A DNA stretch of 64,000 nucleotides from Acidobacteriota bacterium (GCA_014894455.1 JADBLN010000116.1:9393-73392), one strand, 5' to 3'; positions 55,042-63,545 are shown, numbered from the stretch's first letter. Translations and numbers: made by a program. Notes: generated from the sequence alone by a model not told the origin.

Positions 55042-55076
55042 CGCGTACGCGGAAACCTTCCATGCATGGAAGGTTT
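55042..55076. repeat. Two adjacent perfect palindromes: CGCGTACGCG and AAACCTTCCATGCATGGAAGGTTT
   Basis: The 10-nt palindrome spans 55042-55051 and the 24-nt palindrome spans 55053-55076. The second ends 31 nt upstream of the polX ATG. Confidence 0.85.
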
Positions 55077-55107
55077 GGAGTAACCTAGAAAGCAGAGGGA
55101 CAGGACG

Positions 55108-56823
55108 ATGAAGAACCGGGAAGTCGCCGACCTGTTCGACAGGATCGCCGACGCCCTCGAGATCAAGGGCGAGACGGGGTTCAAAGTCGTCGCCTATCGG
55201 AAGGCCGCCCGCATCCTCCAGGACATGACCGAGGACGTCGAAACGGTCGCCCGTGACGGCCGGCTGGAGACGATCCCAGGCATCGGCGAGGGGCTGGCCA
55301 AGAAGATCGGCGAATACCTCGAAACCGGGACAATGACGAAATATCGTGAGGTCATGACGGGCGTCCCGGAGAGCCTCCTCGGCCTGCTCGAGATCCAGGG
55401 TCTCGGCGGCAAGACCGTCCATCTCATGAACAAGGAGCTCGGGGTCAAGGACCTCGCCGGCCTCAAGCGCGCGATCGCCGACGGATCGCTGGCCGAACTC
55501 TACGGCATGGGCGAGAAAAAAGTCGAGAACATTCGCAAGAGCATCGGAACGCGGGAGCGCGTGGCGGAGCGGATCTCCATCTGCGAAGCGGCCCTCGTCG
55601 CCGACGAGGTTATCGCCTATCTCGAAAAGGCGCCCGGTATCAGCCGCGTCTCGGCCGCCGGGTCCCTCCGCCGCATGAAAGAGACCGTCGGCGACATCGA
55701 TATCCTGGCCTGCGGGAAAAACGGCAAGGAGATCATCCGCTACTTCGCTCACAACCCGAACGCGGTCCGCATTCTGGCGGAGGGCGATACCAGAGGTTCG
55801 ATCGTCGTCCGGGCGGGCGAGATGGAGCGTCAGGTCGACCTTCGCATCGTCGATGAGTCGGAATACGGCGCCGCCCTCCTCTACTTCACGGGCTCCAAAG
55901 CCCACAACATCAAGCTCCGCGGCCTGGCCAAGGACCGCGGCCTGAAGATCTCCGAGTACGGGGTTTTCCGCGGCACGAAGCGCCTGGCGTCCCGGGAGGA
56001 GGAGGACTGTTACCGGGTCCTGAGGATACCCTGGATCGCGCCGGAAATGCGCGAGGACCGCGGCGAGGTCGAGTTCGGCTTGGCAGGCCGCCTGCCCCGC
56101 CTCGTCGAGACCGGGAACATCAAAGGCGACCTCCATGTCCACACCCGGGCGAGCGATGGCAACCTGTCGCTGACCGAAATCGTCGATCTCGCCCGCAAAA
56201 TGGGTTATTCTTATGTCGCGATCTGCGACCACTCCCAGGCGGCTAAATACGCCCACGGCCTCGCGGCCGACCGGCTCGCCGCCGAGATCGACGAGATCGC
56301 GGCGCTCAATAGAACGCTCAAGGGATTTCGGGTCCTCAAGGGAAGCGAGGTCGACATCCTGGCCGATGGTTCCCTCGATTTCCCCGACGAGCTCCTCGGC
56401 CGGTTGGATTTCGTCGTCGCCGCCGTCCATTCGGGCTTCAAGAAGAACGTCACCGAGCGGATGCTCAAGGCCTTGGAGAATCCCCATGTCCGGACGATCG
56501 CCCATCCGACGGGCCGACTGATCTCCGGACGCGAAGGCTACGACGTGGACATCGATAGGGTCATCGATGGGGCGGCGCGCTGCGGCAAGGCGCTCGAGCT
56601 CAATTCCTACTACGACCGGCTCGACCTCGACGAGCTCAATCTCAAGAAAGCGAAAGAGAAGGGCGTTAAGATCACGATCGGCACGGACACCCATTTCGCC
56701 GACGGCCTGGCCATGATGCGGTACGGCCTGGGTATCGCCCGGCGGGCCTGGCTCGAGCCGGGCGATATTCTGAATTGTCTCGGCGCCGATGCGCTCCTGG
56801 GAAAAAGATCTAGCCTTTCATGA
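55108..56823 (+). CDS. polX: Family X DNA polymerase with C-terminal PHP domain (PolX)
   Basis: It has N-terminal HhH/8-kDa-like sequence (NREVADLFDRIADALEIKGE), a Pol beta-like NT domain (GSLRRMKETVGDIDIL) and PHP motifs (DLHVHTRASDG, ICDHS). Confidence 0.9.
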   Translation: MKNREVADLFDRIADALEIKGETGFKVVAYRKAARILQDMTEDVETVARDGRLETIPGIGEGLAKKIGEYLETGTMTKYREVMTGVPESLLGLLEIQGLGGKTVHLMNKELGVKDLAGLKRAIADGSLAELYGMGEKKVENIRKSIGTRERVAERISICEAALVADEVIAYLEKAPGISRVSAAGSLRRMKETVGDIDILACGKNGKEIIRYFAHNPNAVRILAEGDTRGSIVVRAGEMERQVDLRIVDESEYGAALLYFTGSKAHNIKLRGLAKDRGLKISEYGVFRGTKRLASREEEDCYRVLRIPWIAPEMREDRGEVEFGLAGRLPRLVETGNIKGDLHVHTRASDGNLSLTEIVDLARKMGYSYVAICDHSQAAKYAHGLAADRLAAEIDEIAALNRTLKGFRVLKGSEVDILADGSLDFPDELLGRLDFVVAAVHSGFKKNVTERMLKALENPHVRTIAHPTGRLISGREGYDVDIDRVIDGAARCGKALELNSYYDRLDLDELNLKKAKEKGVKITIGTDTHFADGLAMMRYGLGIARRAWLEPGDILNCLGADALLGKRSSLS

Positions 56824-58231
56824 CCCCGATGGGGACGACCTTGGCGACGAGGCGGCCGAGCCCGACCTCGTGGGAGACGCGGACGACCTCGTCCACGTCC
56901 TTGTAGGCCTCGGCGGCCTCCTCGGCGACACCCTTCCAATTCGTCGCTTTGAGCTCGATCCCCTTGCGGGCCAGGTCATCCCGGATCCTCTCGCCGCGAA
57001 AACGGCGGACAGCCTCGTGCCGGGACATGACCCGGCCGGCGCCGTGGGCCGTGGAGCTGAAACTCAGGTCCTCGGCCTCCTTCGTCCCAGCCAGAATAAA
57101 CGACGCCGTCCCCATGCTGCCGGGGATGATGACCGGCTGGCCAACGGAGCGGTAGCATTCGGGGATCTCGGGGCGGCCCGGGCCGAAGCTCCGCGTCGCC
57201 CCCTTCCGGTGGACGACGAGCCGCCTCGACCGTCCGCCCGCTTCGTGGGTCTCGACCTTGGCCACGTTGTGGCAGACGTCGTAGACCTGGTCCATCCCCT
57301 TGGAGCTGCCGAGGACCCGGGCGAAGACGTCGCGGACCCAGTGGGCGATCATCTGGCGGTTGGCAAAGGCATAGTTGACCGCCGCGCACATCGACCGGTA
57401 ATACTGCTGACCCTGGGGGGACTTGAAGGGGGCGTGGACGAGCTCGCGGTCGGGCAGGCCCTTGACGCCGAAAGCGTTTTCCATGACCTCGATGTAATCG
57501 GTGGCCACCTGGTGGCCGAACCCCCGGCTGCCGCAGTGGATCATGACCAGGACCTGGCCGGCCGCGCGGATGCCGAACACCCGGGCCGCGACCTCGTCGT
57601 AGACCTCGTGGACCTTCTGGATTTCCAGGAAGTGGTTTCCGGAACCCAATGTCCCGAGCTGGGGAAGGCCTCTCTCCATAGCCCTGTCCGAAATGGCGTC
57701 CACGGCGGCGTCCTTCATCCGGCCGTACTCCTCGGTCCGCTCGAGGTCCTCTTTCCGTCCGTAGCCGTTCTCAACGGCCCACTCGGCACCTTTGACCAGG
57801 ATCTCCTTAAGGATACTCCGGCTGAGCTTGGTGACGCCCCCCTTCCCCACGCCTGCGGGAACCTCCTTGAAGATCTCGGCCAGGAGCTCCTTGCGCTTGC
57901 CGGCGACGTCCGTCTCCGTGTAATCGGTCTTGAGCAGGCGGACGCCGCAGTTGATGTCGTAGCCGACGCCTCCCGGCGAGATGATGCCCGAGTCGAGGTC
58001 GAAGGCGGCCACGCCGCCGATCGGGAAGCCGTAGCCCTGGTGGGCGTCGGGCATGACGTAGGACATCCGCTCGATGCCGGGCAGGCAGGCGACGTTCCGG
58101 GCTTGCGTGAGGGTCATGTCGCGGCGGATGTCGTCGAGGAGACGGGCCGACGAGTAGATGACGGCCGGGACCCTCATATCGCCCTGTTTCGGAATTTCCC
58201 AGACGTTGTCGCTGATTTTCCGGAGTTCCAT
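56810..58231 (-). CDS. rtcB: RNA-splicing ligase RtcB
   Basis: It contains PDAHQGYGFPIGGV, GGVGYDINCGVR, SGNHFLEIQ and HCGSRGFGHQ. The start ATG 58231 is behind GAGGAAA. Confidence 0.93.
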   Translation of the reverse strand: MELRKISDNVWEIPKQGDMRVPAVIYSSARLLDDIRRDMTLTQARNVACLPGIERMSYVMPDAHQGYGFPIGGVAAFDLDSGIISPGGVGYDINCGVRLLKTDYTETDVAGKRKELLAEIFKEVPAGVGKGGVTKLSRSILKEILVKGAEWAVENGYGRKEDLERTEEYGRMKDAAVDAISDRAMERGLPQLGTLGSGNHFLEIQKVHEVYDEVAARVFGIRAAGQVLVMIHCGSRGFGHQVATDYIEVMENAFGVKGLPDRELVHAPFKSPQGQQYYRSMCAAVNYAFANRQMIAHWVRDVFARVLGSSKGMDQVYDVCHNVAKVETHEAGGRSRRLVVHRKGATRSFGPGRPEIPECYRSVGQPVIIPGSMGTASFILAGTKEAEDLSFSSTAHGAGRVMSRHEAVRRFRGERIRDDLARKGIELKATNWKGVAEEAAEAYKDVDEVVRVSHEVGLGRLVAKVVPIGVMKG

Positions 58232-58239
58232 GGCTTTCC

Positions 58240-58662
58240 TCACATGTCCACGACGACCTGGACGGTAAAGCCGCCGCACTCTTCGATCTTCAGTTCGTTA
58301 TAGGTCACGGCCTTCACGTCACCGAAGAGTTCGTAGCGGTCGGACAGGGTGTCGCCGCCGAGGAGGGCCTCGAGGCTGTAACCCTCGAATTCCGGACGGA
58401 TCCTGAGCCCGTCGACTTTCGCCAGGAGGAACTGCTTGGTCTCGAAGAGGTAGATGGTTTCGCCGAGAAACTTGACCAGGAGTTGCTCCCTGTCGATGCC
58501 CCTGACGTGGACGAAATGACGGACCCTCGGTTCGACCTTCGACCAATCCCACATAAACGACGACATGGCTAGGGCGGCGTTCCCGAACGCCTCCTCGAGC
58601 GTCGCCCCATAGGCCTGGAACTTGCCGTCGGCGGTGTGGGGCAGAATCCTGTACTTGTCCAT
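58240..58662 (-). CDS. Archease (RtcB activator family)
   Basis: It begins MDKYRILPHTADGKFQAYGATLEEAFGNAALAM and ends ...VKAVTYNELKIEE. It is 140 aa and lies directly upstream of rtcB. Confidence 0.88.
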   Translation of the reverse strand: MDKYRILPHTADGKFQAYGATLEEAFGNAALAMSSFMWDWSKVEPRVRHFVHVRGIDREQLLVKFLGETIYLFETKQFLLAKVDGLRIRPEFEGYSLEALLGGDTLSDRYELFGDVKAVTYNELKIEECGGFTVQVVVDM

Positions 58663-58745
58663 AGCGGTCGGGGCTATCTCTAAAGGAATCTTACCCCAAC
58701 CGCCCCGAAAAGTCAGCCTTCCCCCGGTTTGAAGGCCCTTGTTCA

Positions 58746-58775
58746 TTGACACTGTCGCCGGGTCTCCGTTATAGT
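58746..58775 (+). promoter_or_regulatory. Candidate sigma70 promoter TTGACA-18-TATAGT for gltS
   Basis: Hexamers lie at 58746-58751 and 58770-58775. The -10 ends 10 nt before ATG 58786 and there is no SD. Confidence 0.5.
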
Positions 58776-58785
58776 CTTTGGGCCC

Positions 58786-59994
58786 ATGTTCATCGTCAAA
58801 CTCAACGCGGTCCAGTCGCTCGCCCTGGCAGTCGTCGTCTATTTCATCGGCACGGCCATCCGGCGCCGCGTCCCTCTCCTGATGCGCTTCAGCATCCCCG
58901 CTCCGGTCGTCGGCGGCCTCCTTTTCGCCGTGTTGGCCACGGTCCTGCGCCTGAGCGGCATCATCGGGTTCGAGTTCGAGGAAACCCTCCAAAGGGCCCT
59001 GATGATCATGTTTTTCACGACGATCGGCATGGGGGCAAGCGCGACGCTCCTGAGGAAGGGCGGCGGCGCGCTGGCTCTCTTCTTCGGCCTGGCCTGTGTT
59101 CTGGCCGTCCTCCAAAACGTGTTCGGCATCGTGCTGGCCAAGACGATGGGAGTGAACCCCCTCTACGGGATCCTCGCCGGCGCGGTCTCGCTGATGGGAG
59201 GCCTGGGAACGGCGGGCGCCTTCGGCCCCGAATTCGAGGCCTGGGGCGTCGTCGGGGGGGAAGTCTCGGCCATCGCCTGCGCCACGTTCGGCATGGTCGC
59301 CGCCAGCCTCCTCTGCGGGCCCTTCGGAGAAACCGTCATCCGGAAATTCCGCATCCCCACGCCGGGCCACGAGCGCCATGAACCCAAACTCGACGTAACC
59401 CCGCCCGGCGAGGAGTCCTCGGAGATCTCGGCGGATTCCCTCCTGCGGAGCCTGGCCTTCATTCTGGTCGCCATGGCCGTCGGCGTCGTCGTCAGCGCTC
59501 ACTTCCAGAAAAAAGGATTCACCCTGCCCGTCTACATCGGGGCGATGATCGTGGCCGTGATCATCCGTAACGGGATGAACCTGACCTTGCTCCGCGACAA
59601 GATCGAGGATCGGACGGTCGGCCTCCTCTCGGAGATCTCCCTGGCCATGTACATCACCATGGCCATTAACGGGATGAAGCTCTGGGAATTGGTCAACCTG
59701 GCTCTCCCCTTGCTCGTCATCCTGATCGGTCAGATCGTTCTCATGGTCCTCTTCTGCTACCTCTGCGTCTTCCTGGTCATGGGCCGCGATTACGAGGCCA
59801 TGATGCTGTCCGTGGGGATGATCGGCTTCGGGATGGGCGGGACATCGAACGCCCTCATCAACATGAACGCCATATCCCAGAAATATGGCCCGGCGCCCCG
59901 GGCCTTTCTCATCGTCCCCATCGTAGGCGCGTTCCTGATTGACTTCGCTAATGCCCTCATCATCATGACGATGGGGAACTGGCTGAAGCCCTGA
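58786..59994 (+). CDS. gltS: Sodium/glutamate symporter
   Basis: It shows GltS-family full-length similarity. The N-terminus MFIVKLNAVQSLALAVVVYFIG aligns with the family N-terminus, and there are ~10-12 TM segments. Confidence 0.85.
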   Translation: MFIVKLNAVQSLALAVVVYFIGTAIRRRVPLLMRFSIPAPVVGGLLFAVLATVLRLSGIIGFEFEETLQRALMIMFFTTIGMGASATLLRKGGGALALFFGLACVLAVLQNVFGIVLAKTMGVNPLYGILAGAVSLMGGLGTAGAFGPEFEAWGVVGGEVSAIACATFGMVAASLLCGPFGETVIRKFRIPTPGHERHEPKLDVTPPGEESSEISADSLLRSLAFILVAMAVGVVVSAHFQKKGFTLPVYIGAMIVAVIIRNGMNLTLLRDKIEDRTVGLLSEISLAMYITMAINGMKLWELVNLALPLLVILIGQIVLMVLFCYLCVFLVMGRDYEAMMLSVGMIGFGMGGTSNALINMNAISQKYGPAPRAFLIVPIVGAFLIDFANALIIMTMGNWLKP

Positions 59995-60039
59995 ACCGCG
60001 GGCTCCGGCGGGGACTTCCCTGTCGGTTGCGGCCCTCCC

Positions 60040-61605
60040 CTACTTGACGTCGGCAACGACGGCGTTCAGGACCTTCCTGGACTCCCTCTCCTGGACGAAG
60101 AAGACAACCTTGAGGCCTTGGCGCGGGATGGCGTTGCGCCGGACCTCCCATTTGAAGTCCGGGACCCGGGTGTAGGTCTTCTCGAACTCGGTCAGGTAGG
60201 CGTCGGCGTCCTTTTCCGAGGCGGCCAGGTCGAAGGTCGCCGCTTTCGTCGCCGCCGGGTCGACCGTGAGGAGGTCGCGGACGACCATTTTGTGATAGAC
60301 GATGCCGTTCGAGCCCTTGTGCTCCTGCTCGTCCTGGACGAGGACGAGGTGGTATTCGGCTCCCGGCACGGTCTTGTCGAAATCGTAGGAAACCTTGACC
60401 GTGTCTCCGGCCAGAGAGGCCCGGACTTTTGGAGAGACGGCCGGGGGCGCGGAAAGGAGCGGTTCGATCGCAGCCCTGTACTGCGCGAACTTGCCCTCGG
60501 CCGCTCCGCGGTTCCCTCCGCCCAGGGTCTTGTTGGTCCCGTCGATGACGACCGTCGGCGTACTGTTGACGCCGTAGACGTCCTGCCGGTTCTTGGTGGC
60601 CGGATTCATCATCGGGTCGGGCCGGGGGATGGGAAGATGGTAGACGAGGACGGCCAGGTACTTCGCCGGTACGGCTTCGACGAGTCCGTCGAAGGCGAGG
60701 TCGGCGCCGACGCAGGGGGGACACTCCGAGCCCGTGAAGAGTTCGGCGAGCACGGCCTTGCCTTTCCAGTCGGCCGGAGCCTTGAACGGCTCGGGGCGGA
60801 AGGGCAGGGCTTTGAACTTGGCCTCGAGCGCCGCCTCGAAACCATCGGCCTGGCCGTGGATCTTGACGTAGAGCGCCTTGGCCCTGTCGGCCGCGTCCTC
60901 GTAGTTCTCGACGGCCGCCGTGAGGTAGGCGTCATAAGCCCCTTCGACTTTGCCCGTCCTTTCGAGGACCGCGGCCAGCACGTATTGATAGTTGCCGCCG
61001 GTCGGGCCGCCGGCTTTTTTATAACTATCGAGCGCCCCCGTGGCCTTGGCCGCGTCCCCGGCATTCAGGTAGGCCTTGGCCCCCAGGAGCTCGAACGCGT
61101 TGGTGACTTGGGACTTGAAGAATCCCCGCTGGTCCTGCGGAATCCCCTCGTAGACCGCGGGGTCCTCGGCGGCCTTGAGGGCTTCCTCCCTGTATTTCAG
61201 GATGACGGTCAGGACCGCGGCCTTGTCGAAAGCCCCGAGCTTCGGATGGCCGAGGATCTGGTCCGCCGCCATGATGGGATTCTGGAGGCGGGCCGGCCCC
61301 CGTGCCTTGGCCATGAAGTCACTCTGGAGGGAGAGGACGGACTCTAAGGTTTCGGCCAGCTCGATCTTGGCCTCCACGATGCTTCCCTCGATCGCTACCG
61401 CGAACTGGCTGTTCGGGTAAGCGGCCTTGATCCTTTCGAATTCCCTGATCCGGGCCGCGGCGTCCTTGATCTCGTAGGCCGCGACGAGCTCCTTGTACTC
61501 GGGAGGAGGGGCTTGCCGGCCCTGGGCGAGGGCCTGGCTCGAAGCCAGCGCTCCCAGTACTATAATAAGGATGAGCACCGCTTGAAATCGTGTTTTCAAA
61601 TTCAT
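60040..61605 (-). CDS. Secreted protein: helical/TPR-like N-terminal region plus thioredoxin-fold DUF1223-like domain (CPPC)
   Basis: It has a signal peptide (VLGALASSQALAQG). LAELFTGSECPPCVGADLAF...LVYHLPIPRPD...STPTVVIDG is reminiscent of DUF1223. Confidence 0.55.
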   Translation of the reverse strand: MNLKTRFQAVLILIIVLGALASSQALAQGRQAPPPEYKELVAAYEIKDAAARIREFERIKAAYPNSQFAVAIEGSIVEAKIELAETLESVLSLQSDFMAKARGPARLQNPIMAADQILGHPKLGAFDKAAVLTVILKYREEALKAAEDPAVYEGIPQDQRGFFKSQVTNAFELLGAKAYLNAGDAAKATGALDSYKKAGGPTGGNYQYVLAAVLERTGKVEGAYDAYLTAAVENYEDAADRAKALYVKIHGQADGFEAALEAKFKALPFRPEPFKAPADWKGKAVLAELFTGSECPPCVGADLAFDGLVEAVPAKYLAVLVYHLPIPRPDPMMNPATKNRQDVYGVNSTPTVVIDGTNKTLGGGNRGAAEGKFAQYRAAIEPLLSAPPAVSPKVRASLAGDTVKVSYDFDKTVPGAEYHLVLVQDEQEHKGSNGIVYHKMVVRDLLTVDPAATKAATFDLAASEKDADAYLTEFEKTYTRVPDFKWEVRRNAIPRQGLKVVFFVQERESRKVLNAVVADVK

Positions 61606-61689
61606 GGGGGCCTCCTCGGAAAAAGTCCATTATATAGGAATCACTCCGGAAAAAAAGAGGACCGGGGGGTTTTGGCGCCGTCGAACGTA

Positions 61690-62703
61690 TCAGTCGAACA
61701 GGCCAGCGAGGACGGCGCCGCAGGAGGGACAGCGGGACTCGCGCAGGGCGTTGCCGACGACCAAGAAACCCCGCCGGCGGATGAGAACGAAGCCGCACGT
61801 CGCGCAGAGCGTGTCTTCCGATTCGCCGGGGACGTTGCCGATGTAGATGTGCCGGAGGCCCTCCCGCCGGCCCGCTTCGGCCGCGGCTCCGAGGGTGGCG
61901 GCGGGCGTCGGCGGCGCCTGGGTATATTCGTAGTCCGGGTGGAACCGGCTGAGGTGCCAGGGGATGTCGGGGTCCACGGAGACGACGAACCGGGCGATCG
62001 CCGCAAGCTCCTCCCCGCCGTCGTTGAGGTCCGGGACGACGAGGGTCGTGACCTCGACCCAGATGCCGAGCCGGCGCATCAGGCGGATGGTTTCGAGAAC
62101 GGGCTCGAGCCGGGCGCCGCAGATCTTTTTATAGGTTTCGTCCTTGAACGCCTTGAGGTCGACGTTGGCGGCGTCGAGATAAGGTCGGATCGTCTCCAGG
62201 GCCTCGGCCGTCATGTAGCCGTTGGTGACGAAATTGTTGAGAAGGCCCGCCTCCCGGGCCAGCCGGGCCGTGTCGAAAGCGTACTCGAAAAAGATCGTCG
62301 GCTCGGTGTAGGTGTAGGAGATGCTCCGGCAGCCCTGGTCGAGGGCGGCCCGGACGACGTCCTCGGGCGCGAACGGCTCTCCCGCGATCCCGCCGCCCTT
62401 GCGGCGCGGCGCCTGCGAGATCTCCCAGTTCTGGCAGAAGCCGCAGCGGAAATTGCAGCCCGGCGTCGCGATGGATAGGGCCTTCGAACCGGGATAAAAA
62501 TGATAGAGCGGCTTCTTTTCGATGGGGTCGACGTGGGCGGCGACGACTTCGCCGTAGACGAGCGTCTGGAGACGGCCGCCGCGGTTCTCGCGGACGCCGC
62601 ATATCCCCTGCTTGCCGGGCGCGATGACGCAGCGATGGGCGCAGAGGCCGCAGCCGGCCTGGCCGCCTTCGAGCGGCTTCCAGAGCATCGCCTCGCGGGT
62701 CAT
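61690..62703 (-). CDS. Radical SAM enzyme, AmmeMemoRadiSam-system type (AmrS-like, PFL-activase-like)
   Basis: It has CNFRCGFCQNW (CxxxCxxC), N-terminal CGLCAHRC...GICG and C-terminal CATCG...CPSCG. The start overlaps the nth stop (ATGA). Confidence 0.7.
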   Translation of the reverse strand: MTREAMLWKPLEGGQAGCGLCAHRCVIAPGKQGICGVRENRGGRLQTLVYGEVVAAHVDPIEKKPLYHFYPGSKALSIATPGCNFRCGFCQNWEISQAPRRKGGGIAGEPFAPEDVVRAALDQGCRSISYTYTEPTIFFEYAFDTARLAREAGLLNNFVTNGYMTAEALETIRPYLDAANVDLKAFKDETYKKICGARLEPVLETIRLMRRLGIWVEVTTLVVPDLNDGGEELAAIARFVVSVDPDIPWHLSRFHPDYEYTQAPPTPAATLGAAAEAGRREGLRHIYIGNVPGESEDTLCATCGFVLIRRRGFLVVGNALRESRCPSCGAVLAGLFD

Positions 62704-63359
62704 TTCAGTTTTCCGCCTAAAATAAGGGTCTCGGTCGACGGGCAGAACCGCCGCAGGAAGCACTCCGGGCACTTCGGCTTGCGCGCCTGACAGAGAGCCC
62801 GGCCGTGTTCGACGAGCAAGAAATTGAAATCCAGCCAGTCGTCCTTGGGCGCCACGGCCAGAAGGTCGCGCTCGATCTTCTCCGGGTCCTCGTGCCGGCT
62901 TAGGCCGAGCCGCCGGGACAGACGCCGAGCGTGGGTGTCGACGGCGATCCCCTCGGCCTTGCCGTAGCCCGCCGACAGGACGATGTTGGCCGTCTTGCGA
63001 GCGACCCCGGGCAGCGTCACGAGCGCGGCCATGGAATCCGGGACGGCGCCGCCGAACTCCTCGACGATCCGGCGGGCCGCGCCGATGATATTCTTGGCCT
63101 TGTTCCGGAAAAAACCGGCCGAGCGGATCTCCTGCTCGAGCTCGGTCCGGTCGGCCCGGGCGAAGGCAACCGCCGTCGGGTATTTCCGGAAAAGGCCCGG
63201 CGTGATCCGGTTGACCCGCTCGTCGGTGCACTGGGCGGCCAAGATCGTGGCGACGAGGATCTGGAGCGGATTCTGGAACTCAAGGGCCGTGCGGGGCTGC
63301 GGATATCGCTCTCGGAGAAGCCGGATGACCGGCCCGATGCGTCGGGACGCACTGTCCAT
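62700..63359 (-). CDS. nth: Endonuclease III
   Basis: It has HhH-GPD (LVTLPGVARKTANIVL), ILAAQCTDERVN and the FeS cluster loop CQARKPKCPECFLRRFC. Confidence 0.93.
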   Translation of the reverse strand: MDSASRRIGPVIRLLRERYPQPRTALEFQNPLQILVATILAAQCTDERVNRITPGLFRKYPTAVAFARADRTELEQEIRSAGFFRNKAKNIIGAARRIVEEFGGAVPDSMAALVTLPGVARKTANIVLSAGYGKAEGIAVDTHARRLSRRLGLSRHEDPEKIERDLLAVAPKDDWLDFNFLLVEHGRALCQARKPKCPECFLRRFCPSTETLILGGKLK

Positions 63360-63381
63360 GCCCCCTCCCCGCCTTCCCGCG

Positions 63382-63531
63382 TCAGGGCCCGACGTGGAAG
63401 TTGAAGAATTTCTCGGCCGTCTTCTCGCCCTGGGCCTGGGCCACGGCGATGTAGGACGGGTACATCTCCCCGATCTCGAAGGACTCGCCGGCGAGAGCGG
63501 CCTTGACGTTCTCTTCGGTCATCTTTTTCAT
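63382..63531 (-). CDS. Small ORF (49 aa), rubrerythrin-like helix pair
   Basis: This ORF is not in the ORF track. My translation is MKKMTEENVKAALAGESFEIGEMYPSYIAVAQAQGEKTAEKFFNFHVGP. AGGAGA lies 8 nt upstream and the codons are GC3-rich like neighbouring genes. Confidence 0.5.
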   Translation of the reverse strand: MKKMTEENVKAALAGESFEIGEMYPSYIAVAQAQGEKTAEKFFNFHVGP

Positions 63532-63545
63532 GTCGCGACTCTCCT

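Noticed and set aside
54908-55111. A 67-aa ORF with a TTG start inside the thyX/polX intergenic region.
   Set aside because: It has no SD and a non-canonical start. Its reading frame is built from the palindromes themselves and shows no protein-like features, so the region is better explained as RNA or DNA structure.
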